DNA from: Eukaryota sp. GEM-RC1
Lineage: Eukaryota
Assembly: GCA_040285855.1 (NCBI GenBank)
Contig: JAUFOQ010000016.1
Span: 3,286,001-3,350,000 of the forward strand
Reading direction: 5' to 3'
DNA length: 64,000 nt
The notes below the pieces were generated by a model that was not told where the DNA came from, did no database searches, and worked only from the letters and a program-made list of their open reading frames with translations. Of the stretch, positions 51,086 to 64,000 are shown one piece after another; positions within the stretch are counted from its first letter, which is position 1; every line of letters begins with the position of its first letter. The position numbers and the translations under genes are program-made.

Positions 51086-51521
51086 GTGTTTACTGTGGAT
51101 GTTTGCAAAAAAGGGCATTTAAGAATGCTAACAATGTGTCTCCACTTAATTTTTCAGAACAATACAAGAGAATCAAATATCATGTTCCCTTGACTACTCT
51201 CAAACATTCTAGACATGTTGAGTACGAATTATGTCCTTTTGACATTTCAATTTATGGTCGACTTGGTAAAGAAGCTCTTTGTTTTCTCTGATGTTGAGAT
51301 AGTTGTAAAAAAAGAACATCTAGATTGAAGAGGTTTCCTTTATTGCACCTTTTGAGACTATACGAGCATTTTCTGCAGAAGCTGACACTTTGAATGAAGA
51401 GATTGGTTTAAATCTAAATATTGAAAAGTGTTTCGTTATAGGAAAAGAACCTAATTTATTAACAATTCGTTCAATTGAAGTACCTTTTATTAATTATCTT
51501 TCTGATTTCTTGATTGTTTTT

Positions 51522-52008
51522 GGGGTCGGGTAAATACAACACGTAAATACACCATCTCAGATTCTCTTCGATCCTACATTGTGTTTATGATACATGGAGT
51601 TATACTCTACACAGTTGTACAAGTGCTACAACAAGTAAGTGATCTGATGGAGATATTCAGTACACGTTCGTGGACCTCCATTCAGTTATATTCAAGGGAC
51701 TATTTAGAATGAAAAACGACCAGCATAGATGCTCTTCTTATGTAAGGGAAGACTTCATTCACTTGTAATCATAGTGTTCTTAGTTTGTTGAACAAGAACG
51801 CTCCTAGGCAGGAAGTACGACTCAAAATAATTTCCGAACATTTTGTTAAACAAAGAGGAGTGTGATCAGATGAAGCAAAACAACGCTCTTTGAACTCATT
51901 TTATAGACCACATCATTAGAACATCACTATTATGTTGACGAAGATAGGTACAAACTGCATTGAAGTAAATGGGGATGGTGTATTTAGGTGGTGTATTTAC
52001 CCACCCCC
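51522..52008. mobile_element. Merlin-like TIR element
   Basis: Copy of 14738-15224. Confidence 0.7.
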
Positions 52009-52479
52009 TTGTTTTTTTTGGTAAAAAGGAGAATATTGTCAAAAATCTTGATGATTATCTGATTTAGATTCAACAAGAGTGGGATAAAATGAACGTTCTT
52101 GAAATTAGAGAGAATTATTTATTCTAAAAGTAATAGACAACAACACTACAGTGTAAGTTCTTGAAATTAAAAACACTTAACGTTCTTCATGCTCTAAATT
52201 TGCTATTCTGGTTTTAATCAATTTGAAGGACAGATGTTCAGTTGCTTTGATTAACCAAATTCGACAGATTTATGAATTGTTGTCCAAAGATCTTCAATGG
52301 ATCACAACATTTTAGGACTTGCATTCATGATGCTGTCATAGATCAAATTCGTGCAATGTGTAAGTCCCACAAAATCGAATCTTTGAAATCAATAATTCAA
52401 AAATAGTGATTCTGATAAGAACGGCTGACGTCATGGTTCCATCGGTCAATGATGAACTAACGGCTATTGATGTGATTAC

Positions 52480-54879
52480 TAGGGGTGTACAAGACTCGAG
52501 TCGGACTCAGCTATTGTAAGTCTGAGTCTGAGTCCGACTCACCGTGTCTGAGTCTGAGTCTGAGTCGAACTCAACTAGTCTGAGTCTGAGTCCGACTCAC
52601 CGTATCTGAGTCTGAGTCTGAGTCGAACTCAACTAGTCTGAGTCTGAGTCCGACTCACCGTATCTGAGTCTGAGTCTGAATCCCACTCATAATATCTGAG
52701 TCTGAGTCTGAGCTTGAGTTTCACATCATAAACAATCTTTATTAAGTACATTATTAACCATTATTATTCTACTGTCCACCGCTTAAGACAGACACATGCT
52801 TCAACATTTAAATCTGTTAGACGTGATCTGTCAGGAGCCACAACTCTTCCAGCTTGTGACAAAAAGGACTCAGAAGCTACATTAGAGGCTTGAACTGATA
52901 GTGCAATTCGAGATGTTCTTGCAAGTGTAGGGAACTTTGATTCATTAAGTTTCCACCACATCAAAGGATCTTGGTCCATTTCAATCAGTCCATCACTGAG
53001 ATAGATATCAAGTTCATCTAACTCAGTTAATTATTCTTCGTTACGAACACATACTTTTTTTCTTACAAGCTCTTTCATTAGAGATTTTCCTTGAGGGTTG
53101 TTCTGCGATTCTTCTGTACTTACTGCAAGACTTCCCACTTTGGATTCAATAAACTCCCTCATTGAACCCTTCAGCATCTCTTCATTCTCAATGTAACAAC
53201 TTGGTAGGAAGTTCTGATTGTTTTTGAATCTAGGATCCAACACAAGACCGACATATCCTGCAAAATCGAACACACTTCTGTCACTTCGACGTCCACTGAT
53301 ATACTGCGTAAACTTTTCCAACACTTTTGATGCTACGGCAGAAATAAAACCAGATTCACGTCCTTCTACAGGATCGCAAATTACTTTAAGCTTTTCCCAT
53401 AATAAATTGAACAAAGTTAAACCTACGGACACAGTAACGGTAGACCTTGAAGAACAAATTTCAGTTAACTCATAGAAATCAGATAACAAGAAGATCAAAA
53501 GCTGATGAAGATCTTCTCTTTCAGAAATGGTGAGTTTCAAATGCATCAACTTGTTGTCATTGAAAATCATATGATCTACAATGTCTATCAATTGGCTGTA
53601 CCTTTCTAGCATCATGAAGGACGAATTCCATCTTGTTGAAACATCAACAATCATGGAGGTGGTTTCAAGTCCTTCCAACTTGCATCTATCAGAAATACGT
53701 TCGCTCAAGTCTGAGCTTCTGTGTGATCTGACACAAAACTCTCTAATTTTTTTGACGAAAAAACAACCCTGATCTTCAAGAAAATTTGGAGTACTTCTGA
53801 ATAATTGGTTGAGGGCAAGGTGAAGAACATGCGCCAAACATCTTCTATGATAAACAATACCAGGTGTACCCAATAATTCCACAAATTTTGTTAAATCAAT
53901 GTTTGAGACATTGTCTGAAGTTACAGAAAAACTTTGTTCTCAAGTTTGAACTGTTATAGAACGTTTTTAAACTAGTATGTGGATGTTTAATTTACCCACA
54001 ATCAAGGGTCTTAGTTTTGAGCCCAAAATTCTTATCGATGTAATGCACAGTAACTCCCAAGAATGGAGTACCACCTTTGCTGGTCCAAATATCCAAAGTG
54101 AAATTGAGTAAAGAGTTGTCAATCATAACTTCTAGTTCATTTCCAATACTTTCTTGTTTTTCCTTATATAGCAAAACTATATCTCGTTGGACAGTGTTTC
54201 GGCCAATTTCTTCATAGTTGGGACACAACCAATTCCTTATTTTTCTGAACGAAGGACGTTCCACTTCTGAAAACGGATGACATCCATCAATGATGTATTC
54301 ATTGATAAGTACACGAAGAAAGGACTGTTGTGCCTTAGTTAGTTTTTTGCTGAATAGGTGAATGAGGGGACGCAAATGGCAAGATCGACTGAGTTTCAAG
54401 AGAAGGAGGAATACGATCACCCACATAGATGTTGTGGATGTTTGCAAGATGTTTTGATAGAATCGAAGAACTAGTAGATAAAGAGAAGCTGCTTTGACAG
54501 TGATTACAAAATCTTCGGTCGGTGTTATCGACTACCATTACAGTAAAATGATCATCTCTAAAGTGTTTGGACTTCTGACGACTTGAAGAAGATGGCATTA
54601 GGTTATGGAAGACAGCAAGGTTGTTGAAGAAAGAAAAGTGACACTATAAAAATCGTAAACTTCAAGTAAATTGCTGCAATTTTCCATTGAATGATTACCA
54701 TGTTATGATTTATTATAAATAAGATAATGATATATGAAATACCTGAGTCTGAGTCTGAGTCGGACTTAAGGATTGTGAGTCTGAGTCTGAGTCTAACTCG
54801 GGGGTTGTGGGTCTGAGCCTGAGTCTGAGTCTAGACTCAGCTCGAGTCTAAACTTGAGTCCAGTTTTTGTACACCCCTA
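52480..54879 (-). mobile_element. hAT DNA transposon, copy 9 (type B end)
   Basis: As copy 4. Confidence 0.95.
52764..54598 (-). pseudogene. hAT transposase pseudogene
   Basis: Same motifs, fragmented ORFs. Confidence 0.92.
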
Positions 54880-55315
54880 GTGTTTACTGTGGATGTTTGC
54901 AAAAAAGGGCATTTAAGGATGCTAACAATGTGTCTCCACTTGATTTTTCAGAACAATACAAGAGAAACAAATATCATGTTCCCTTGACTACTCTCAAACA
55001 TTCTAGACATGTTGAGTACGAATTATGTCCTTTTGCCATTTCAATTTATGGTCGACTTGGTAAAGAAGCTCTTTGTTTTCTCTGATGTTGAGATAGTTGT
55101 AAAAAAAGAACATCTAGATTGAAGAGGTTTTCTTTATTACACCTTTTGAGACTATACGAGCATTTTCTGCAGAAGCTGACACTTTGAATGAAGAGATTGG
55201 TTTAAATCTAAATATTGAAAAGTGTTTCGTTATAGGAAAAGAACCTAATTTATTAACAATTCGTTCAATTGAAGTACCTTTTATTAATTATCTTTCTGAT
55301 TTCTTGATTGTTTTT

Positions 55316-55803
55316 GGGGTCGGGTAAATACAACACGTAAATACACCATCTCAGATTCTCTTCGATCCTACATTGTGTTTATGATACATGGAGTTATACT
55401 CTACACAGTTGTACAAGTGCTACAACAAGTAAGTGATCTGATGGAGATATTCAGTACACGTTCGTGGACCTCCATTCAGTTATATTCAAGGGACTATTTA
55501 GAATGAAAAACGACCAGCATAGATGCTCTTCTTATGTAAGGGAAGACTTCATTCACTTGTAATCATAGTGTTCTTAGTTTGTTGAACAAGAACGCTCCTA
55601 GGCAGGAAGTACGACTCAAAATAATTTCCGAACATTTTGTTAAACAAAGAGGAGTGTGATCAGATGAAGCAAAACAACGCTCTTTGAACTCATTTTATAG
55701 ACCACATCATTAGAACATCACTATTATGTTGACGAAGATAGGTACAAACTGCATTGGAAGTAAATGGGGATGGTGTATTTAGGTGGTGTATTTACCCGCC
55801 CCC
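55316..55803. mobile_element. Merlin-like TIR element
   Basis: Copy of 14738-15224. Confidence 0.7.
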
Positions 55804-56274
55804 TTGTTTTTTTTGGTAAAAAGGAGAATATTGTCAAAAATCTTGATGATTATCTGATGTAGATTCAACAAGAGTGGGATAAAATGAACGTTCTTGAAAT
55901 TAGAGAGAATTATTTATTCTAAAAGTAATAGACAACAACACTACAGTGTAAGTTCTTGAAATTAAAAACACTTAACGTTCTTCATGCTCTAAATTTGCTA
56001 TTCTGGTTTTAATCAATTTGAAGGACAGATGTTCAGTTGCTTTGATTAACCAAATTCGACAGATTTATGAATTGTTGTCCAAAGATCTTCAATGGATCAC
56101 AACATTTTAGGACTTGCATTCATGATGCTGTCATAGATCAAATTCGTGCAATGTGTAAGTCCCACAAAATCGAATCTTTGAAATCAATAATTCAAAAATA
56201 GTGATTCTGATAAGAACGGCTGACGTCATGGTTCCATCGGTCAATGATGAACTAACGGCTGTTGATGTGATTAC

Positions 56275-58652
56275 TAGGGGTGTACAAGACTCGAGTCGGA
56301 CTCAGCTATTGTAAGTCTGAGTCTGAGTCCGACTCACCGTATCTGAGTCTGAGTCTGAGTCGAACTCAACTAGTCTGAGTCTGAGTCCGACTCACCGTAT
56401 CTGAGTCTGAGTCTGAGTCTGAGTCCGACTCACCGTATCTGAGTCTGAGTCTGAATCCCACTCATAATATCTGAGTCTGAGTCTGAGCTTGAGTTTCACA
56501 TCATAAACAATCTTTATTAAGTACATTATTAACCATTATTATTCTACTGTCCACCGCTTAAGACAGACACATGCTTCAACATTTAAATCTGTTAGACGTG
56601 ATCTGTCAGGAGCCACAACTCTTCCAGCTTGTGAAAAAAAGACTCAGAAGCTACATTAGAGGCTTGAACTGATAGTGCAATTCGAGATGTTCTTGCAAGT
56701 GTAGGGAACTTTGATTCATTAAGTTTCCACCACATCAAAGGATCTTGGTCCATTTCAATCAGTCCATCACTGAGATAGATATCAAGTTCATCTAACTCAG
56801 TTAATTATTCTTCGTTACGAACACATACTTTTTTTCTTGCAAGCTCTTTCATTAGAGATTTTCCTTGAGGGTTGTTCTGCGATTCTTCTGTACTTACTGC
56901 AAGACTTCCCACTTTGGATTCAATAAACTCCCTCATTGAACCCTTCAGCATCTCTTCATTCTCAATGTAACAACTTGGTAGGAAGTTCTAATTGTTTTTG
57001 AATCTAGGATCCAACACAAGACCGACATATCCTGCAAAATCGAACACACTTCTGTCACTTCGACGTCCACTGATATACTGCGTAAACTTTTCCAACACTT
57101 TTGATGCTACGGCAGAAATAAAACCAGATTCACGTCCTTCTACAGGATCGCAAATTACTTTAAGCTTTTCCCATAATAAATTGAACAAAGTTAAACCTAC
57201 GGACACAGTAACGGTAGACCTTGAAGAACAAATTTCTGTTAACTCATAGAAATCAGATAACAAGAAGATCAAAAGCTGATGAAGATCTTCTCTTTCAGAA
57301 ATGGTGAGTTTCAAATGCATCAACTTGTTGTCATTGAAAATCATATGATCTACAATGTCTATCAATTGTCTGTACCTTTCTAGCATCATGAAGGACGAAT
57401 TCCATCTTGTTGAAACATCAACAATCATGGAGGTGGTTTCAAGTCCTTCCAACTTGCATCTATCAGAAATACGTTCCCTCAAGTCTGAGCTTCTGTGTGA
57501 TCTGACACAAAACTCCCTAATTTTTTTGACGAAAAAACAACCCTGATCTTCAAGAAAATTTGGAGTACTTCTGAATAATTGGTTGAGGGCAAGGTGAAGA
57601 ACATGCGCCAAACATCTTCTATGATAAACAATACCAGGTGTACCCAATAATTCCACAAATTTTGTTAAATCAATGTTTGAGACATTGTCTGAAGTTACAG
57701 AAAAACTTTGTTCTCAAGTTTGAACTGTTATAGAACGTTTTTAAACTAGTATGTGGATGTTTAATTAACCCACAATCAAGGGTCTTAGTTTTGAGCCCAA
57801 AATTCTTATCGATGTAATGCACAGTAACTCCCAAGAATGGAGTACCACCTTTGCTGGTCCAAATATCCAAAGTGAAATTGAGTAAAGAGTTGTCAATCAT
57901 AACTTCAAGTTCATTTCCAATACTTTCTTGTTTTTCCTTATATAGCAAAACTATATCTCGTTGGACAGTGTTTCGGCCAATTTCTTCATAGTTGGGACAC
58001 AACCAATTCCTTATTTTTCTGAACGAAGGACGTTCCACTTCTGAAAACGGATGACATCCATCAATGATGTATTCATTGATAAGTACACGAAGAAAGGACT
58101 GTTGTGCCTTAGTTAGTTTTTTGCGGAATAGGTGAATGAGGGGACGCAAATGGCAAGATCGACTGAGTTTCAAAAGAAGGAGGAATACGATCACCCACAT
58201 AGATGTTGTGGATGTTTGCAAGATGTTTTGATAGAATCGAAGAACTAGTAGATAAAGAGAAGCTGCTTTGACAGTGATTACAAAATCTTCGGTCGGTGTT
58301 ATCGACTACCATTACAGTAAAATGATCATCTCTAAAGTGTTTGGACTTCTGACGACTTGAAGAAGATGGCATTAGGTTATGGAAGACAGCAAGGTTGTTG
58401 AAGAAAGAAAAGTGACACTATAAAAATCGTAAACTTCAAGTAAATTGCTGCAATTTTCCATTGAATGAATTCCATGTTATGATTTATTATAAAAAGATAA
58501 TTTTATATGAAATACCTGAGTCTGAGTCTGAGTCGGACTTAAGGATTGCGAGTCTGAGTCTGAGTCTGACTCGGGGGTTGTGGGTCTGAGCCTGAGTCTG
58601 AGTCTAGACTCAGCTCGAGTCTAAACTTGAGTCCAGTTTTTGTACACCCCTA
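56275..58652 (-). mobile_element. hAT DNA transposon, copy 10 (type B end, mosaic interior)
   Basis: As copy 4, but the N-terminal part carries type A variants. Confidence 0.95.
56539..58372 (-). pseudogene. hAT transposase pseudogene
   Basis: Same motifs; extra stop KNN*. Confidence 0.92.
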
Positions 58653-59089
58653 GTGTTTACTGTGGATGTTTGCAAAAAAAGGGCATTTAAGGATGCTAAC
58701 AATGTGTCTCCACTTGATTTTTCAGAACAATACAAGAGAAACAAATATCAAGTTCCCTTGACTACTCTCAAACATTCTAGACATGTTGAGTACGAATTAT
58801 GTCCTTTTGCCATTTCAATTTATGGTCGACTTGGTAAAGAAGCTCTTTGTTTTCTCTGATGTTGAGATAGTTGTAAAAAAAGAACATCTAGATTGAAGAG
58901 GTTTCCTTTATTGCACCTTTTGAGACTATACGAGCATTTTCTGCAGAAGCTGACACTTTGAATGAAGAGATTGGTTTAAATCTAAATATTGAAAAGTGTT
59001 TCGTTATAGGAAAAGAACCTAATTTATTAACAATTCGTTCAATTGAAGTACCTTTTATTAATTATCTTTCTGATTTCTTGATTGTTTTT

Positions 59090-59576
59090 GGGGTCGGGTA
59101 AATACAACACGTAAATACACCATCTCAGATTCTCTTCGATCCTACATTGTGTTTATGATACATGGAGTTATACTCTACACAGTTGTACAAGTGCTACAAC
59201 AAGTAAGTGATCTGATGGAGATATTCAGTACACGTTCGTGGACCTCCATTCAGTTATATTCAAGGGACTATTTAGAATGAAAAACGACCAGCATAGATGC
59301 TCTTCTTATGTAAGGGAAGACTTCATTCACTTGTAATCATAGTGTTCTTAGTTTGTTGAACAAGAACGCTCCTAGGCAGGAAGTACGACTCAAAATAATT
59401 TCCGAACATTTTGTTAAACAAAGAGGAGTGTGATCAGATGAAGCAAAACAACACTCTTTGAACTCATTTTATAGACCACATCATTAGAACATCACTATTA
59501 TGTTGACGAAGATAGGTACAAACTGCATTGAAGTAAATGGGGATGGTGTATTTAGGTGGTGTATTTACCCGCCCCC
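59090..59576. mobile_element. Merlin-like TIR element
   Basis: Copy of 14738-15224. Confidence 0.7.
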
Positions 59577-60048
59577 TTGTTTTTTTTTGGTAAAAAGGAG
59601 AATATTGTCAAAAATCTTGATGATTATCTGATTTAGATTCAACAAGAGTGGGATAAAATGAACGTTCTTGAAATTAGAGAGAATTATTTATTCTAAAAGT
59701 AATAGACAACAACACTACAGTGTAAGTTCTTGAAATTAAAAACACTTAACGTTCTTCATGCTCTAAATTTGCTATTCTGGTTTTAATCAATTTGAAGGAC
59801 AGATGTTCAGTTGCTTTGATTAACCAAATTCGACAGATTTATGAATTGTTGTCCAAAGATCTTCAATGGATCACAACATTTTAGGACTTGCATTCATGAT
59901 GCTGTCATAGATCAAATTCGTGCAATGTGTAAGTCCCACAAAATCGAATCTTTGAAATCAATAATTCAAAAATAGTGATTCTGATAAGAACGGCTGACGT
60001 CATGGTTCCATCGGTCAATGATGAACTAACGGCTGTTGATGTGATTAC

Positions 60049-62449
60049 TAGGGGTGTACAAGACTCGAGTCGGACTCAGCTATTGTAAGTCTGAGTCTGA
60101 GTCCGACTCACCGTATCTGAGTCTGAGTCTGAGTCGAACTCAACTAGTCTGAGTCTGAGTCCGACTCACCGTATCTGAGTCTGAGTCTGAGTCGAACTCA
60201 ACTAGTCTGAGTCTGAGTCCGACTCACCGTATCTGAGTCTGAGTCTGAATCCCACTCATAATATCTGAGTCTGAGTCTGAGCTTGAGTTTCACATCATAA
60301 ACAATCTTTATTAAGTACATTATTAACCATTATTATTCTACTGTCCACCGCTTAAGACAGACACATGCTTCAACATTTAAATCTGTTAGACGTGATCTGT
60401 CAGGAGCCACAACTCTTCCAGCTTGTGAAAAAAAAGACTCAGAAGCTACATTAGAGGCTTGAACTGATAGTGCAATTCGAGATGTTCTTGCAAGTGTAGG
60501 GAACTTTGATTCATTAAGTTTCCACCACATCAAAGGATCTTGGTCCATTTCAATCAGTCCATCACTGAGATAGATATCAAGTTCATCTAACTCAGTTAAT
60601 TATTCTTCGTTACGAACACATACTTTTTTTTCTTGCAAGCTCTTTCATTAGAGATTTTCCTTGAGGGTTGTTCTGCGATTCTTCTGTACTTACTGCAAGA
60701 CTTCCCACTTTGGATTCAATAAACTCCCTCATTGAACCCTTCAGCATCTCTTCATTCTCAATGTAACAACTTGGTAGGAAGTTCTAATTGTTTTTGAATC
60801 TAGGATCCAACACAAGACCGACATATCCTGCAAAATCGAACACACTTCTGTCACTTCGACGTCCACTGATATACTCCGTAAACTTTTCCAACACTTTTGA
60901 TGCTACGGCAGAAATAAAACCAGATTCACGTCCTTCTACAGGATCGCAAATTACTTTAAGCTTTTCCCATAATAAATTGAACAAAGTTAAACCTACGGAC
61001 ACAGTAACGGTAGACCTTGAAGAACAAATTTCAGTTAACTCATAGAAATCAGATAACAAGAAGATCAAAAGCTGATGAAGATCTTCTCTTTCAGAAATGG
61101 TGAGTTTCAAATGCATCAACTTGTTGTCATTGAAAATCATATGATCTACAATGTCTATCAATTGGCTTTACCTTTCTAGCATCATGAAGGACGAATTCCA
61201 TCTTGTTGAAACATCAACAATCATGGAGGTGGTTTCAAGTCCTTCCAACTTGCATCTATCAGAAATACGTTCCCTCAAGTCTGAGCTTCTGTGTGATCTG
61301 ACACAAAACTCTCTAATTTTTTTGACGAAAAAACAACCCTGATCTTCAAGAAAATTTGGAGTACTTCTGAATAATTGGTTGAGGGCAATGTGAAGAACAT
61401 GCGCCAAACATCTTCTATGATAAACAATACCAGGTGTACCCAATAATTCCACAAATTTTGTTAAATCAATGTTTGAGACATTGTCTGAAGTTACAGAAAA
61501 ACTTTGTTCTCAAGTTTGAACTGTTATAGAACGTTTTTAAACTAGTATGTGGATGTTTAATTTACCCACAATCAAGGGTCTTAGTTTTGAGCCCAAAATT
61601 CTTATCGATGTAATGCACAGTAACTCCCAAGAATGGAGTACCACCTTTGCTGGTCCAAATATCCAAAGTGAAATTGAGTAAAGAGTTGTCAATCATAACT
61701 TCTAGTTCATTTCCAATACTTTCTTGTTTTTCCTTATATAGCAAAACTATATCTCGTTGGACAGTGTTTCGGCCAATTTCTTCATAGTTGGGACACAACC
61801 AATTCCTTATTTTTCTGAACGAAGGACGTTCCACTTCTGAAAACGGATGACATCCATCAATGATGTATTCATTGATAAGTACACGAAGAAAGGACTGTTG
61901 TGCCTTAGTTAGTTTTTTGCTGAATAGGTGAATGAGGGGACGCAAATGGCAAGATCGACTGAGTTTCAAGAGAAGGAGGAATACGATCACCCACATAGAT
62001 GTTGTGGATGTTTGCAAGATGTTTTGATAGAATCGAAGAACTAGTAGATAAAGAGAAGCTGCTTTGACAGTGATTACAAAATCTTCGGTCGGTGTTATCG
62101 ACTACCATTACAGTAAAATGATCATCTCTAAAGTGTTTGGACTTCTGACGACTTGAAGAAGATGGCATTAGGTTATGGAAGACAGCAAGGTTGTTGAAGA
62201 AAGAAAAGTGACACTATAAAAATCGTAAACTTCAAGTAAATTGCTGCAATTTTCCATTGAATGATCACCATGTTATGATTTATTATAAATAAGATAATGA
62301 TATATGAAATACCTGAGTCTGAGTCTGAGTCGGACTTAAGGATTGTGAGTCTGAGTCTGAGTCTGACTCGGGGGTTGTGGGTCTGAGCCTGAGTCTGAGT
62401 CTAGACTCAGCTCGAGTCTAAACTTGAGTCCAGTTTTTGTACACCCCTA
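60049..62449 (-). mobile_element. hAT DNA transposon, copy 11 (type B end)
   Basis: As copy 4. Confidence 0.95.
60333..62168 (-). pseudogene. hAT transposase pseudogene
   Basis: Same motifs; extra stops KNN* and LER*. Confidence 0.92.
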
Positions 62450-62885
62450 GTGTTTACTGTGGATGTTTGCAAAAAAGGGCATTTAAGGATGCTAACAATG
62501 TGTCTCCACTTGATTTTTCAGAACAATACAAGAGAAACAAATATCATGTTCCCTTGACTACTCTCAAACATTCTAGACATGTTGAGTACGAATTATGTCC
62601 TTTGCCATTTCAATTTATGGTCGACTTGGTAAAGAAGCTCTTTGTTTTCTCTGATGTTGAGATAGTTGTAAAAAAAGAACATCTAGATTGAAGAGGTTTC
62701 CTTTATTGCACCTTTTGAGACTATACGAGCATTTTTCTGCAGAAGCTGACACTTTGAATGAAGAGATTGGTTTAAATCTAAATATTGAAAAGTGTTTCGT
62801 TATAGGAAAAGAACCTAATTTATTAACAATTCGTTCAATTGAAGTACCTTTTATTAATTATCTTTCTGATTTCTTGATTGTTTTT

Positions 62886-63372
62886 GGGGTCGGGTAAATA
62901 CAACACGTAAATACACCATCTCAGATTCTCTTCGATCCTACATTGTGTTTATGATACATGGAGTTATACTCTACACAGTTGTACAAGTGCTACAACAAGT
63001 AAGTGATCTGATGGAGATATTCAGTACACGTTCGTGGACCTCCATTCAGTTATATTCAAGGGACTATTTAGAATGAAAAACGACCAGCATAGATGCTCTT
63101 CTTATGTAAGGGAAGACTTCATTCACTTGTAATCATAGTGTTCTTAGTTTGTTGAACAAGAACGCTCCTAGGCAGGAAGTACGACTCAAAATAATTTCCG
63201 AACATTTTGTTCAACAAAGAGGAGTGTGATCAGATGAAGCAAAACAACGCTCTTTGAACTCATTTTATAGACCACATCATTAGAACATCACTATTATGTT
63301 GACGAAGATAGGTACAAACTGCATTGAAGTAAATGGGGATGGTGTATTTAGGTGGTGTATTTACCCGCCCCC
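62886..63372. mobile_element. Merlin-like TIR element
   Basis: Copy of 14738-15224. Confidence 0.7.
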
Positions 63373-63844
63373 TTGTTTTTTTTTGGTAAAAAGGAGAATA
63401 TTGTCAAAAATCTTGATGATTATCTGATTTAGATTCAACAAGAGTGGGATAAAATGAACGTTCTTGAAATTAGAGAGAATTATTTATTCTAAAAGTAATA
63501 GACAACAACACTACAGTGTAAGTTCTTGAAATTAAAAACACTTAACATTCTTCATGCTCTAAATTTGCTATTCTGGTTTTAATCAATTTGAAGGACAGAT
63601 GTTCAGTTGCTTTGATTAACCAAATTCGACAGATTTATGAATTGTTGTCCAAAGATCTTCAATGGATCACAACATTTTAGGACTTGCATTCATGATGCTG
63701 TCATAGATCAAATTCGTGCAATGTGTAAGTCCCACAAAATCGAATCTTTGAAATCAATAATTCAAAAATAGTGATTCTGATAAGAACGGCTGACGTCATG
63801 GTTCCATCGGTCAATGATGAACTAACGGCTGTTGATGTGATTAC

Positions 63845-64000
63845 TAGGGGTGTACAAGACTCGAGTCGGACTCAGCTATTGTAAGTCTGAGTCTGAGTCC
63901 GACTCACCGTATCTGAGTCTGAGTCGGAGTCGAACTCAACTAGTCTGAGTCTGAGTCCGACTCACCGTATCTGAGTCTGAGTCTGAGTCGAACTCAACTA
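63845..64000 (-). mobile_element. hAT DNA transposon, copy 12 (cut by window edge)
   Basis: GTGATTAC + TAGGGGTGTACAA + GAGTCT repeats. Confidence 0.9.

Larger units (their letters stand above)
2008..64000. repeat. TE-derived tandem macrosatellite, 15 units with optional modules
   Basis: The hAT target site recurs at about 3409, 10318, 15701, 18812, 25731, 28856, 31908, 35773, 39510, 44982, 48676, 52472, 56267, 60041 and 63837 with near-identical flanking sequence in the same orientation. Confidence 0.97.

Noticed and set aside
3417..64000. Site-specific repeated transposition of the hAT into each monomer
   Set aside because: Identical position, orientation, shared inactivating lesions and a linked flanking deletion point to one insertion amplified with the array.

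Overview
AT-rich eukaryotic DNA made entirely of transposable-element sequence; no host gene, RNA gene or CRISPR array is visible. From about 2 kb to the end it is a tandem macrosatellite of 15 units. The ~1.4-1.46 kb basal monomer is a decayed plus-strand fragment of a CRE-like non-LTR retrotransposon (RT end, thumb, zinc knuckle, restriction-like endonuclease) joined head to tail. Every monomer carries a ~487-bp Merlin-like TIR element (8-bp TSD) and a 49-bp insert between 13-bp direct repeats. Optional modules are a ~2.35-kb defective hAT transposon at one site (12 filled, 3 empty, 8-bp TSD GTGATTAC), a second CRE-like fragment (7 copies), and a TA-flanked Tc1/mariner-like non-autonomous element carrying a third CRE-like fragment (3 copies). 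A single MULE/Mutator element with an uninterrupted transposase ORF sits in that third fragment at the window start, giving five nesting levels. The left half is a mosaic of 3.1-6.9 kb units; the right half is a more homogeneous ~3.8 kb repeat. Family assignments come from motif recognition by eye, not database searches.
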